A stretch of 64,000 bases of DNA from Laetmonice hystrix (lineage: Eukaryota), in NCBI GenBank assembly GCA_965235115.1, contig OZ249437.1, positions 46,934,001 to 46,998,000 of the forward strand, written 5' to 3'. The notes under the pieces are model-generated. The model saw nothing but the letters and a program-made list of their open reading frames with translations, did no database searches and was not told the DNA's origin. The position numbers were made by a program, and so were the translations under genes. Shown here piece after piece: positions 27,103-39,290 of the stretch; within the stretch, counting starts at the first letter, position 1, and every line of letters begins with the position of its first letter.

Positions 27103-27299
27103 CTGCAATAAGAGAAGCACAATACCAGAAATACATTACATCTGCCTGGTTGGTCAGGACATACACCATCAGTAAGTCACACTCCTGATTACAAAACACA
27201 CTCTTCTGAGAAAATATGATTTAATGACAGTGCACTGGGCAATGCACTTCGTAGATAAAGTCAACGACAGGCAGGTCCATCTATACATTGGTATTATAC

Positions 27300-27857
27300 G
27301 ATACGGACACCTTATTCCGTATCAACCTATGATAAGAACATCTGATTCAGTATCAACCTAAGATACCAACACCGTATTCTGTATCGACCTATGATAAGAA
27401 CACCTGGTTCAGTATCAACCTAAGATACCGACACCGTATTCTGTATCAACCTATGATAAGAACACCTGATTCAGTATCAACCTAAGATACCGACACCGTA
27501 TTCTGTATCAACCTATGATAAGAACACCTGGTTCAGTATCAACCTAAGATACCGACACCGTATTCTGTATCAACCTATGATAAGAACACCTGGTTCAGTA
27601 TCAACCTAAGATACCGACACCGTATTCTGTATCAACCTATGATAAGAACACCTGATTCAGTATCAACCTAAGATACCGACACCGTATTCTGTATCAACCT
27701 AAGATAAGAACACCTGGTTCAGTATCAACCTCTGATAAGAACACCTGGTTCAGTATTAAACTCTGATAAGAACACCTGATTCAGTATCAATATCTGATAA
27801 GAACACCTGATTCAGTATCAACCTACGATACCGACACTTGGTTTGGTATCGACATAT
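27300..27857. repeat. 31-bp minisatellite with 62-bp dimeric higher-order structure, 18 monomers
   Basis: A=GATACCGACACCGTATTCTGTATCAACCTAT, B=GATAAGAACACCTGGTTCAGTATCAACCTAA. Order (AB)x7, B, B, B, then a degenerate A. Read monomer by monomer. Confidence 0.95.
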
Positions 27858-28143
27858 ACGTCAAGTCCTCATATAGTGAGTGATTCCCCATACTATCCAC
27901 TGCATGACTACAGGGCACACACAGCCTAAGTTCCGAGTCAATATTCCTTGCCTATTTTAAACCTTTGTTCCTTATTATTTATAACCTTTTGTGGTCCAAA
28001 CGATCGATGCTTTTACAAAAAAAATTAATAGAGATTCCGAACTACCCGTAACCAGTAGTGTCATTTGATGGAAAAAACGGTTTATTGAAACATAGCCCAG
28101 TGTAACCACATTGATTTCTTTTCTTTTTCTCCTCCCTTTTCAG

Positions 28144-28175
28144 GTGCTACTGGTGCACAGCCTGAACTGGAATGA
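28144..28175 (+). CDS. Strong splice acceptor followed by possible terminal exon (phase 1: GATGAQPELE*; frame 0 open to 28485)
   Basis: tttcttttctttttctcctcccttttcag|G is one of the best acceptors in the window. The downstream NRKDSGEEEGGG could instead be a LINE endonuclease relic. Confidence 0.2.
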
Positions 28176-30703
28176 ACTGTCAATAGAGCTGCATCATTTA
28201 AAGCGAACACGGTGTGAAAGATTACCAGAAGTGTTACTGACAACCGAAAGGACAGTGGCGAAGAGGAGGGCGGTGGACGGGAAGATGGCAATCATCAGCT
28301 CAATTATACCCTTCGGCGGGGAGCCTGGTGCCAATAGCCGGCCTGCTGCCAGCCCAAGGCCCGTGGTGCGCAGTCGGCGGGGTGTCCACCAACTGACCAC
28401 CACTGACACACTAATTGCCATTTGTCTATGGCGTTTACGGGGCCCTCGTACTGGCAGGACAGAACTGAAAGGTGGAGAGGTTTAATCAAGCCTCATCATT
28501 GATCACATTTCACGTTATTCCAGCCGAGCAGGGGGTGTTCGAGGTCTGGTTACTGCCAACTGCCATCACCATACTCATCCCCACTCTATACACGGCAAGG
28601 CCAAGCCGCAATAATAATCAGAGATGTGGGCGTCAGACTTATCTTTTAAAAACTACATGTATATGGTACTCAAACTTACCGTATATTCAATCAATACGTC
28701 GACCACATTCTACTCTATATTCGGAATTAAAACACAGACCGAAAGTAGTAGCTGTTTAATTTAACTACGACCATAGAGTGATCTATAAAGATTACAGCGA
28801 GGGAGTACTGCTCCAGGGTATAGACTTGTAAGAATCAATATAACTCACACCGACTATGTGCCATATTATTTCCATTCATCATCAACCCAGGTAAGTACGG
28901 AAAAAATGTGTTTCATAACTTATTAAATAGTTTTCAGCTAACCAACTATAACGCATGTGAAATGTTTTCCTAGGAATGAATGTAAATAGCGGGTGCAGGT
29001 GTACCATGGTGTATACCTGTACTTGAGAGAACATTAGGGTGTGATACAGGTAATCTACCTGCTCTGACAGGGGGTCTGGCAGGAAGTTTCTCACCTGCAT
29101 GGAGAGGTGTCAAATCTGACACATCATCACAAGGCCCATCATTGCCATCAATCGGACTCCGTGCGGTCCTCCTACCTGATCCTTCACTCCACCAACTCCA
29201 ATTAAGACACCAGATATGGGAGGCTGCTGTCACGCCCGCCCGCCGTCTGTCATCCTGACTCCAGCCCCCCTCTCTCTTCCTCTCTCTCTCCCGCACTATC
29301 CTTCCTTGTCAACCCCACACTCACACCCACCCACCACACCCCTCATGCTACCCTGCAGCAGATTTGCCAATCAACCCAATCTATTCAAAAGATGAATCGC
29401 CTGGAGAGAAACAAAAATTGAAATGCGAACCTCCATTTAGTGAGGAGCGAAGGCTTTCAGTGCCACCCTAATGAATCCTTCACAATCACGTGCATATTCA
29501 TAAACCTGTTATAAAGACACACAGCCTAGGTTGGAATTTAATCTAGGGTGCACTGCAGCCATATTTTTCTCAGATTTGTGGCAATGAGGTGGGATTTGGA
29601 GACAATGCGGTCCTCTTGTGGTGATCCTTTCTACGAGGTTTCTCTCTTCTCCACATGGGGTGGATAATGCCCTAATGAGCCTTTGATACCTAATTGTCTA
29701 CGCAGATTGTCTGCTTAACGCGTAACTCCATTAATGCTGGCAGCTAGGCCAGCCGAATCTAGGACTTCCCACATTTCATCACAGGGAAACTTTTCTTTCT
29801 AAAGGGCCGGGAAATGTGATCTTACATCGCAAACTTGTCAAAGAAAAAAAATCAAAATGTAGTAGGAAGAAAATGACAGAGGTGCAAGATTGATAATAAC
29901 CTTGGTGATTTCAATGTCTGCTGCTAATAAACAGCCTTCGCAGAAAAACAATGCCTCAATGTGTCTTTAAAAATTCTTACGTGGCCTCAAAGAGGTGTAT
30001 GCATAAATAACTGAAATTAATGGGTCACTAAACATAGTTCTAGATGCGTAATAAGAGCATAGTTCATAACTGTCATAATTTGCCTCCCACTACAAAGAAA
30101 CGTTTTTTTTTGCGATCATGCCTTGAAAACGCATACTAGTGAACTATGAGAACAAGGAGGTCGATGTGAGGGATTTTCATTCTCTTTGGTTCCTTGACGT
30201 CTTTTGTCATGTAAAGATAGATAGAACAAAAGATAATATGTCACGAGATAAATCTGCAATCAATAGCTTGAATGGTTTTGTTTCTGGTGTAGATACAATT
30301 CCGTTGTTAGGTAAATGATTATGAAGCTGAAAGGTGAACATCAGCAGACCCATTCATAGCTATACTCAACATTTATATCCTAGCTAGTTTGGAGCATAGA
30401 AATCAATATTATGGAAAACGGTCAAACCTCCGATTTCAAATATAAATGCACATGTCATAAATCTGTTTTTTTTTTATCCACGAAGAAACGTTTGATTCAA
30501 AATGTTTGCCTAGATTTTCCGTGAGGTTTTTGGTGTGACTTTGATTGGTAATCCGCGGAACTGAAGCCTGTTTGAGGTAATCGAAGCCGACTCCCTGGAC
30601 TGAAGCGATAACCTGAATTAGAACTAACTGTCATCAACCTCCCAGGGTGATTGTTAATGGATCTGTTGGTTAAGGGAGACGAGTCTGGTTACATGACCTT
30701 CCC

Positions 30704-30836
30704 GGACCAAACCTGACTGACGGACATCAGTGGACAGCAAGCCGGAGGACCAAACCTGACTGACGGACATCAGTGGACAGCAAGCCGGGGGACCAAACCT
30801 GACTGACGGACATCAGTGGACAGCAAGCCGGGGGAC
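30704..30836. repeat. 43-bp tandem repeat, 3 full copies plus a partial
   Basis: GGACCAAACCTGACTGACGGACATCAGTGGACAGCAAGCCGGR at 30704, 30747 and 30790; only the last base differs. Confidence 0.95.
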
Positions 30837-32324
30837 GTCAGGTCGTCGGGCGACACGTAATTACTCAGTGCTCACTGGACGGTGGGGCAGAAACTGTCAG
30901 ATAGTGACCCAAACAATTGTTGTTATGACACCCGTGACCATATAAGTAACCTGGAAGTCGGGATGTCAAACACTTACCTGCTTGGACCCACTGTAATGTA
31001 TCTCTGTTTAAAATACCGCGAGTAAAGGCAGAGACCAGATATCACCTCTTTCTGATCTTCTATATCTATATCATCCAAGAAAGACCCCGGCAAAATTAAC
31101 AGCACCACAAATAGAACAATGCCAGGTGCGGGTCATGCATACCGAAATAACGCCACACTGGAGGCATACGTTAACATGCCGAAAGATCCCTTCATAGATT
31201 GTAAATACGGCGACAAGTCCCCATTCACTTAATGGTATGCATCTACATTATATACACACCAGGCGGGAATCTTACTTTTGTGATGCTGACGACAACTCCT
31301 TCAGATTTACAAAACCCAACACATGCATTCTCTACACTGAGAGATTGGTTTAAAATAAACCTAGGAGAGAAAGCAACATGTATGTGGCACGCCATCCTCT
31401 GAGTTAGCAATAATTACATTAAACCTAGCCGGTTTCACTCTCCTCTCATTACTGTTCAGTAGAAAACTAATGCTGGTGCTATAAACCAGTGAACGGTGTA
31501 ATCCAACATGTTCCTTTCACAGAGTGTCGACAACAAATCTATAGAAGGGTGATGTTTTTCTTGGTGATCAAATCGCTATGATATAACGTACGAGGTGGGA
31601 TGTAGTGCCAGGGTATGGGTGTGCCACATATGTTAGAGTCTGGGATCAAGTTAATTAGGTCAGCCCTATGTTTACCTGCCCCGCCCATACAATGGGACAC
31701 GCCCACCTCCTCTCACCAGGACCTGGCGTGAAACCATTAGCCTTCCATAGTGCAATCACCGATATGAACGTGTCTGTCATATCGTAGAACTGGTGTTACA
31801 CGTTATATGGTCATATATAGCGTATCCAAAAAAATCCTGTAGAAACTGAAGGAACATGACGTTAACCTAACTGTTGGCACGTTAGAGGCAGAACGTGACC
31901 AGGTAAAAAGCAGGCCAGAACTGTTGATTACTGCTACATCACTTAGTTATATTAAAATACAACTTCAATGCTGAAAGTCAGAGTGCCCCTAGTCAATGGG
32001 AAGCAAGTATTTATTTATTATTTTATTGAAATAACTTCTGACTATACAACGACTTTAAGAACACCATGTATTCCTGACCTTAAAGCTTAGTGTACCTAAA
32101 ATCTATGTGTAATGTAACATTTATTTGAAACAAACATCAAACCTTCAAAAGGATAAAGAAACTTCGACCGATTTTATACGTAAATGCCACTTTACTGTGA
32201 GTTACAGTAAAGTAAGTTGACTATGTATCTACTATAGATCGCCTCCTCCAGCCCGGTTTAACACCGAACCTGATAGGTACGTACGACTAACCCTGCATGC
32301 CTCTCTCACCACCTGTAGCCACAC

Positions 32325-32340
32325 TCACCAGGTGGCAGCA
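32325..32340 (+). promoter_or_regulatory. CTCF-like core motif
   Basis: TCACCAGGTGGCAGCA, 13/14 core plus typical CA tail. Confidence 0.45.
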
Positions 32341-32639
32341 GGGTGGTCAGTGTGGGGTCAGCTTCAAGTAAGTGGTCCTTGACCCCATGGTGGGGTTAGA
32401 GAAACGGCCACTGCAGCCTTGGCGCCACTAGTTCCGTTACTCAATTAAAAACACCTAGAGGTTAAAAAAAATACAGGTTTAAATGATAGTCCTAAAAATT
32501 AGCTACTTGCCCCTAAAGGTTTTCTGGTTGTATTTCTACCAAAAGAAAAACCTACCCCTGAGCTCCCCCCCAAGTCCGTCGACTCCCCTAAAACCCCACA
32601 AAAGTGGTCACAACAACTGCATTCCTTTGGCTATTAATG

Positions 32640-34230
32640 CCATTTTAGCAGGTCACCTCCGAAAAGAAAGACACTGGCTTCATCCGACCAAAATGACCAT
32701 GCCCGCTGTAGACGTAAGGTATCTTACAGGAGGATTCCGCACTGCCTCTATGAGAACACCGCCCGCCTTTTCGACAAAGTCTCTACTCGGTACAAGTATG
32801 CTGTGTGAGAAGAGATTGTGTGTGGACTCTGCCTGCACGATGCCGTCGACTGTACCGGTACAGTTAGAGACTGATGGATTAAACTGTCAGTGGCACGGTG
32901 CTGTACCGTGCCGTGATTACCACGGCGGCCAGCAGGTGCCAGAACCAGAACTCAAGTCGGAGACAGGTTACGGGGTCAGGTTCATGTGTTTTACTAGGCC
33001 CCACCGCCGTATACTACACGTCCTATCCGAGTTCCTGGCAGGAGTTCACCTGATGCCAGGAAGTCATTGCTGACAATGCGTGGTGGCATCTAAATGAGTT
33101 GGCTACACAGGATAGCCCACCAGGCGGCGTCCACAGCCAGCCTATCAGGTTCACCAGAATTATGCCACCCTTGATGAAGATTAATGATACTCTACCCGCA
33201 CATTCAACCAACTACTCCACTTTTTCTTCCTAGCTTTGACCAAGCTCTGTGTGAACTCATCATGGGATACGGGTCTGAGCCCAATTACCCGCTATATTTT
33301 ATAGATAGCTGTCATCAAGAACTCTTCATTGCAACATGAATTAAATCAATCTAAGTTCCTAAGGGTTTCATCAAAGGCAGTTCGGAAGTGATTTGTCCTC
33401 GGATATGATTGCCTCATTCAGGAAGCAATGTCTCTTACAAAGACCTATAAGGTTGAAGAAATTCGAACATGATGGTCACATACTGCCGAAATAGTTTAAT
33501 TCAGACTTACTGGGACATGAATACGATGATTCAATACCATACAGGTAGGAATCCATTTTTTATCGACAATTTTTACTTTCATACTATGGTATTTAACTTG
33601 AAAATATTCGGTTCTCTCATCATTTGGTAATTTACCTTCAAACTAACAGGTTTTTATTCGAGAAAAAGACTACACCGACTACATACACCTAAAAAGTTAT
33701 GGAACTTAACGATAGGCTAGGTTTGGTGGCGAGCTATAGACTAACCCCCCACTGCGACTTTGAATAACTACCTTAATCTATATCGTGGGTCACAAAATGA
33801 AGGGTCACCTCCAGTTATTAATACTATAATTTTCGCCAAAACTTTCATCTCCTTAGCTTCATCATGGCTGTACCCTGTCAGATCCAACAGATCGGTGGGT
33901 GTTCTTCTTGACTCGACTGATCGCCCTGGGCCAGCGGAAAGTTATATCACCACCAATCAGGCTCGTACCAATGGGTCGAGGTGCCCACACACGTCCGACG
34001 GTGGCTAACCACCCCTCACCTTGCCTTCATACCCTATCACATTGATCTACGCTGTCTTCATCCCGTATCACGTGGATGTGGGACCAAACCCAGCCACTTT
34101 GATGCCACGGCCATACCAGTGGGTGCGGCCCAACAAAGCCGGTCGGTTCACGTTCTCAGTGGAGGACATGAGCAGTACCCGACTGTGTGGATGGACCAGT
34201 AGAGCCAGCGGCGAGAGGAATCAGTGACTG
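32640..34230 (+). mobile_element. Decayed DIRS/Ngaro-like element (RT thumb/RNase H linker ~32675-33070, recombinase C-terminus ~34080-34200)
   Basis: LHPTKMTMPAVDVRYLTGGFRTASMRTP (cf. ..K..P.....FLGI.iDT.sM.xrLP) inside ORF 32483-33073, and downstream GTKPSHFDATAIPVGAA (cf. GLDPxxFxxHSFRIGAA). RT-then-YR order is as expected. Confidence 0.45.
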
Positions 34231-35419
34231 CACCGACAATCGGCCCGTCTTTATGGAGCAGTTAAAGGCACTTAGAGGCGGTGCTAGCGACATGTCCGCC
34301 GGCTGGGAAGGCTATAGGCTTGCTCCCTGATTCTACCTTTGACACGGGTGGTGGTGTACTGTGGGGGAGAGCATTGCGGTTCCTGCCCAGCCTGGTGTCG
34401 GAGACAATAGGGAGACGAGACAATGTTACCTGTCGTCTTCACCGCATCGCCAGCCTGCTCTCTGCTAGAACAAACACACCTGCATGGAGCCGGCCATCAA
34501 AATGCCTTGACAAAGGTGATGTTTTCCATTATTACCGGCATACATGCAAAGGAAAGGACATGAAATTGGATATGGCAGTGATGTGTGTACACATGCCTCG
34601 CCTTCACAGAGTTTGGCCTCCGGGTATGTTAGTGCTGTCATACCATTTTAGGAGCTTACAAACCACAACCAAAGCCAGCCTCCCACTGCCTTACCCTGCC
34701 CCCTCTCTAAATTCAACTGTGAACCACAAATTTAAGGACGGTTAACCAACTCCAAGGCACAAAACAGAAATAACCCCTTTCCATAAACATTCTGGTACCC
34801 GTCAACCAACCAACATTTAAACAAATTATAATAAACAAAGGCATTAACTATAACTCATTACCCTACCAAGTACAGGAAGAGTTTTGCGAGAACGAGGCCT
34901 TGTTTGACTGTTTGAACATTCTTTCACTTGTACAATCTTGTACAATCAATATGGGAAGACACTCTACTATTAACAAAATCTTCATTAATTCATCAATCTT
35001 GTTATAAGAGAAAACGTCTCCTTCTTGAGGTATTCACTCCGGCCTCTTGCCAAAACTTGGTCCATGGTTGTTTCAAATTCTTGTCAAATATTGTAGGCAC
35101 TATGAAGAAGATGAAGGAGAAACATGGCCAGCCTGATATCAATTGGCTATCACGTGCTCAGGTGGAAACACAAAGCCATTGTTGCGGACTGCTTCATGTG
35201 ACCAGAGTTCTTGTCTCAGTGCTCCATGCTGCTGGCCTTAGAGGCTCCGCTATCGCTGACAATGACAGCATTGCTCCATATGTCAACTCGACGGGTAGGG
35301 ATTACTTTTCATGATGCACATTGCAATGTGTCAGAAACCTGACATTTTTCCTCGGAAAGTTATAGGAGTGGATTTGGCCTGTTTGGTAGAGTGGGGATTT
35401 GGCTGACGGTGTGGCCAGG

Positions 35420-35720
35420 CATTGGATTACCAATAACTGGCGGCCGGGTCACACTCACCCACCCCGGCCACAATGCCGGCTTTTTCATTATTTGCCTGGA
35501 CTGCATTTGCAACATTGCTAGAAAATGCGTGGGTTGGGTTTCCTAATTGGCTCCCATGGTCACCTCTAAAAATCCAGGGCAAACAAATGTACATTGTTGT
35601 GGCGAGCACTGACATTCAGCTTCATTGTTGTATGTTGTTAAGGCTTAATGCAAATGGATGGCCAGGCTGCCGGGCGATTGCGGCGCCGAAACAGACATGT
35701 CTTTTTTTACTCGCAAATTT
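35420..35720. promoter_or_regulatory. Enhancer-like Sox/POU motif cluster
   Basis: CATTGTT at 35592 and 35623, ACAATG at ~35471, perfect octamer ATGCAAAT at 35648-35655, plus CTAATTG. Confidence 0.3.
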
Positions 35721-35981
35721 AAATCTGTATTATCACTTCCAAAGTTAAAAAAGTTCAAGCCAGTCCACAACATCAAAGATTTTGTTTGACTAAAATCGGC
35801 TGGGACGTTTCCCTACCCACCTAAACTTGGTAACCCTACCAAGCACTAATAACTTAGAGCTCCAGTCTCCATTTTTTCATAAACTCAGGTAAAGAACATC
35901 TGAGACTGTGGGGGCGGCGTGCAAACCACGGACAACGGATTGTCAAGTCATTAGCGACTGAACTGCGGGATCGCACCTTAC

Positions 35982-36115
35982 CTCTGTAAATCGACACCGC
36001 AGTGTAAATGATGTCTTCGGCCACCAATATGGAGTGGAGCGATAAAAATGAACCGGCGAGGTTACAGCCCCAGGATAGCCAACAATCATTCCAACATGTA
36101 TGACATTCGTTTCAC
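35982..36115 (-). CDS. Candidate 134-nt exon, phase 1-0 (ETNVIHVGMIVGYPGAVTSPVHFYRSTPYWWPKTSFTLRCRFTE)
   Basis: Long pyrimidine tract upstream of caag acceptor, GAG|gtaagg donor, only one frame open from the acceptor. Confidence 0.25.
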
Positions 36116-38689
36116 CTTGCACACGGATAAATGGACACATAGAGAAATTGAACGAGAACAGAAAGAACGAAAAAAGAGAAGTTTGAAAGAAAGACTGGTC
36201 GATTCAAACATAACTTTTACACAAGCACCCTGGTTCTATCCAAGTTAAAGTTTTTATCGTAACTCTCAAAAAAGAATCAAAACTGCAAGAAATGGGTGTC
36301 ACCTTAATTTGCGTTTTCTCATAAGAATAAAAAAACACTGGTAAATGAAACAGCATATACGACATTTTATCCTTCCTTAATGTATAGCTATGAAGCTGAA
36401 AAGATTCAACGAACCTTTGAAAGTCCTCCAAGGTCAAATGCCTAATGAAACTACAATAATGGCTTCCTATCGATAATTTACAGGACCCACCGGTATTACA
36501 TTTGTACTTCACTTCGCCCCAGTAATTGGACAAGATTACACAATTGTTTATATTGGCTCAACATGTCGTGTCGTTTTCTCGGATGTAAAAACAAAACAAA
36601 AATAGACAAGTTTTACCCCTAGATGTCCTTGTCTATTTGAAAGAAAACTTGATCTTGTCTCCGTGACATCTACATTAATATTGTCTTACCAATCTATTCA
36701 GCATGTATCATAATAATGACAGTACCAACCATTGTGTAAAGCCTTTTCTTTTAAATTTCGGGCAGCGGCAGGCGTTTCCAAACCCAACGTCTATATCAAT
36801 TTAATAAGCGTGTCCGTATTATGCTTTGCGAGGCACCAACAAATACATTCTGAAGGCCGTGTACAATGTATCTACACAGAATAGGTAGATGTAGGTACTC
36901 TGTGGTATCTAGTGATTCAATCTTTCTGCCCTGTACATCCCCACTGGAAACTTCCATGTTCAGTACGCTGGAAATACTAAGTGCTTCTATTTACTGCCTT
37001 CGAGTGGTACGGAAAGTTTTTCACTTAATAACAGTGCCTAGATGTCAGATATGATGATAGTGGAACGTACTCGGAACAACAAGTGTCTGCCTCACCAGTG
37101 AGCTCCACTAATAACCTGAAAGTGGCTGTTTTTCACGACGATGATCAACAATTGTATTGAATTCAGCGACTTGTTCATCTTGCTGGTGAATGCAGCGCTT
37201 TTGTAGCCCCAAGGACCCTCTTGCAAAGCCTCTTCGGCATTGACCGATACCTTAAGAATGGTCACACAACGAAACTTACACCACAAAACTGCCTGGCGAA
37301 ATCATGACCAACTAATTAATATTGCACAGTGGTATGATCAGATTTTCATCAGTCCCCGGCTTAATATCTTTGGATACGCGTTGGCCAAGATGTATGTTCC
37401 GACGCATCAAATCGCAAAAAGAGATATGAAACAAGCTGGCTACAGGTAGACCTACTGATGGACAGCTCTATTAAATAACATCAACTCGACACTACTGAGG
37501 CAACACCCATCTTATAATGATAATAAACAAGAATATATATTTCTGAAAGTTTTTTAGTCAATTTCCCTCTGGGTACTTTGTTTAGTGTTTTAACTCAGCA
37601 ACCATGACATAAATGAACACTTTTTCCACGTATCCCTAAATCGAAAGTTACATCTTCTCAAAGTTACCAGACTGCTTTAGCAAAGATTAACAAAGCATAC
37701 CTTCATAAAGGGGGGGGGGCGTTTTGGCATTTCTGACCTTAATGATTGAAAGAATTCCCACAAAAAATAATTCCAGGAAATTTAAATTACCCACCAATCC
37801 ACTTTGGCACTTTTCGATAGCATCCAAACAAACTTTGCGTGAAAGATGAACTGGCTGCCGATATGACGGACTGAAAGGGCCGGTAGTCCTGTTTATTATG
37901 AAGAATAAGCAGGAGCGAGAAGGACGGAATGGTGAAATTCCACAACAATTATCTGGCCGGATCAATTGTACCTGGTAGCATATCTTCACTTCCACCTCAA
38001 AGGCGCCTCCAAATAGGAGGATTCAGATGTAAAATGTGATCTAGAATTTGCCCTTCTCAGTGAGATAAGTTTCTTTCCGAATGGCTTTCGTTGGTGGCAT
38101 CACTAACAATAAGAACAATGAACTTCTCTTCCACCATTTAATTAGCCCTACCTCGGATATCTCTCAGGATCAGTGTCACCCTATGATATCATAAATCAAA
38201 TTACACTTGCATTTACCATTCTTGTTGATGGCGTCTGTATTACTTATGTAATACCTTGTGCTGAATATGATAGTTGGTAATTTGCTAATACGTACAGCAG
38301 AATGAGGATGACATGACTGTGAAACAATCAACAATTGGCGATGATTGGTTTGATTGGCAATGCAATCATGAAAAGCCCAATTCTATTACGATTATTTCCT
38401 TTTTCATTACTGTATTTTGATTCCAAAAGTGGATGAGCTTTTGAACCTATTACATTACTGACTTTTTTTGGACAACCCAAAATGTACGTAATCGCATCGG
38501 TGTGTGTGGTTGTTTTGTTGTTGTTACCCTATTCGATCCGATAAATACACGCAGCTCTAATCCCATTTGGTGCTATAACCATGCCTGGGGCCGTTGCATA
38601 AATTCCCGCTCGCTAAAATTGCCATTGAAATTTTAGTGAACGGGAATTTATGCAACGGTCCCCTAAACCGTCCATCGAGTGACCGTCGA

Positions 38690-38703
38690 CTGCCACCTGG
38701 CGG
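38690..38703 (-). promoter_or_regulatory. CTCF-like core motif
   Basis: Reverse complement CCGCCAGGTGGCAG, 14/14 to consensus. Confidence 0.45.
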
Positions 38704-39089
38704 TAATATAATGGCTTTGTGAATCTGTCGTGATGTGATGTGAAATATCACGCATATTCTTTGCAATGAATTGAACCCCTCATCTGTTGCCACTTCAGTT
38801 TGTCTTGGCTATCTAATGCGAAGAGTTAATTTAATTTTAATATTATTTAACCATAATATTTTATTTTAAGGGACATTTATTTTCCTCTAGTGCCTGCTCG
38901 TCACTGAAGCAAGCACGGCTCCAATCCTGATACGGTTTGGTACTGCTTGAAAACACCAGACGGCTCTGCTGTTGAGGAAACTTGTTTACCTATTTGACGC
39001 TAGGTGGAGCATGTGTCCGTCGTGTGCTGATGCTGTGGCGCCTTGCGCCCTTCGCTGCTATCCTGACAACTCAAGTTGAGTCAACTGGC

Positions 39090-39290
39090 CTCTTTCACCG
39101 CATGCTCCGAGAACTTTTTGGGAAGTTCTGCCATTCATAATTATATCCCACGTTTATCACAAATCTTGCCGACTGATTTCTTCTTGAGCGGCCTGCTACC
39201 CTCGCCTTATCCACAGACCGAGAAAGAAGTCTATGCCTTATCTACTGCCAGTGTACTGCTCACAAATATGTGGGCATAAAAGACGGAGAA
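39090..39290 (+). mobile_element. Decayed Ty3/Gypsy RNase H relic
   Basis: TACSENFLGS...LSQILPTDFFLSGLLPSPYPQTEKEVYAL (cf. TDAS.yGLGAVLSQ....iaF.SR.L...E.nYsqtEKE.LA); YPQTEKE at 39208-39228. Confidence 0.4.

Noticed and set aside
27300-27857. CRISPR array interpretation of the 31-bp palindromic repeats
   Set aside because: The intervening units are themselves repeated (no unique spacers), there are no cas genes, and the context is eukaryotic.
35982-36080. Alternative frame CNLAGSFLSLHSILVAEDIIYTAVSIYR resembling GPCR TM3
   Set aside because: The frame has a stop right after the only acceptor, Cys-to-Arg spacing is 27 rather than 25, and there are acidic residues mid-helix.
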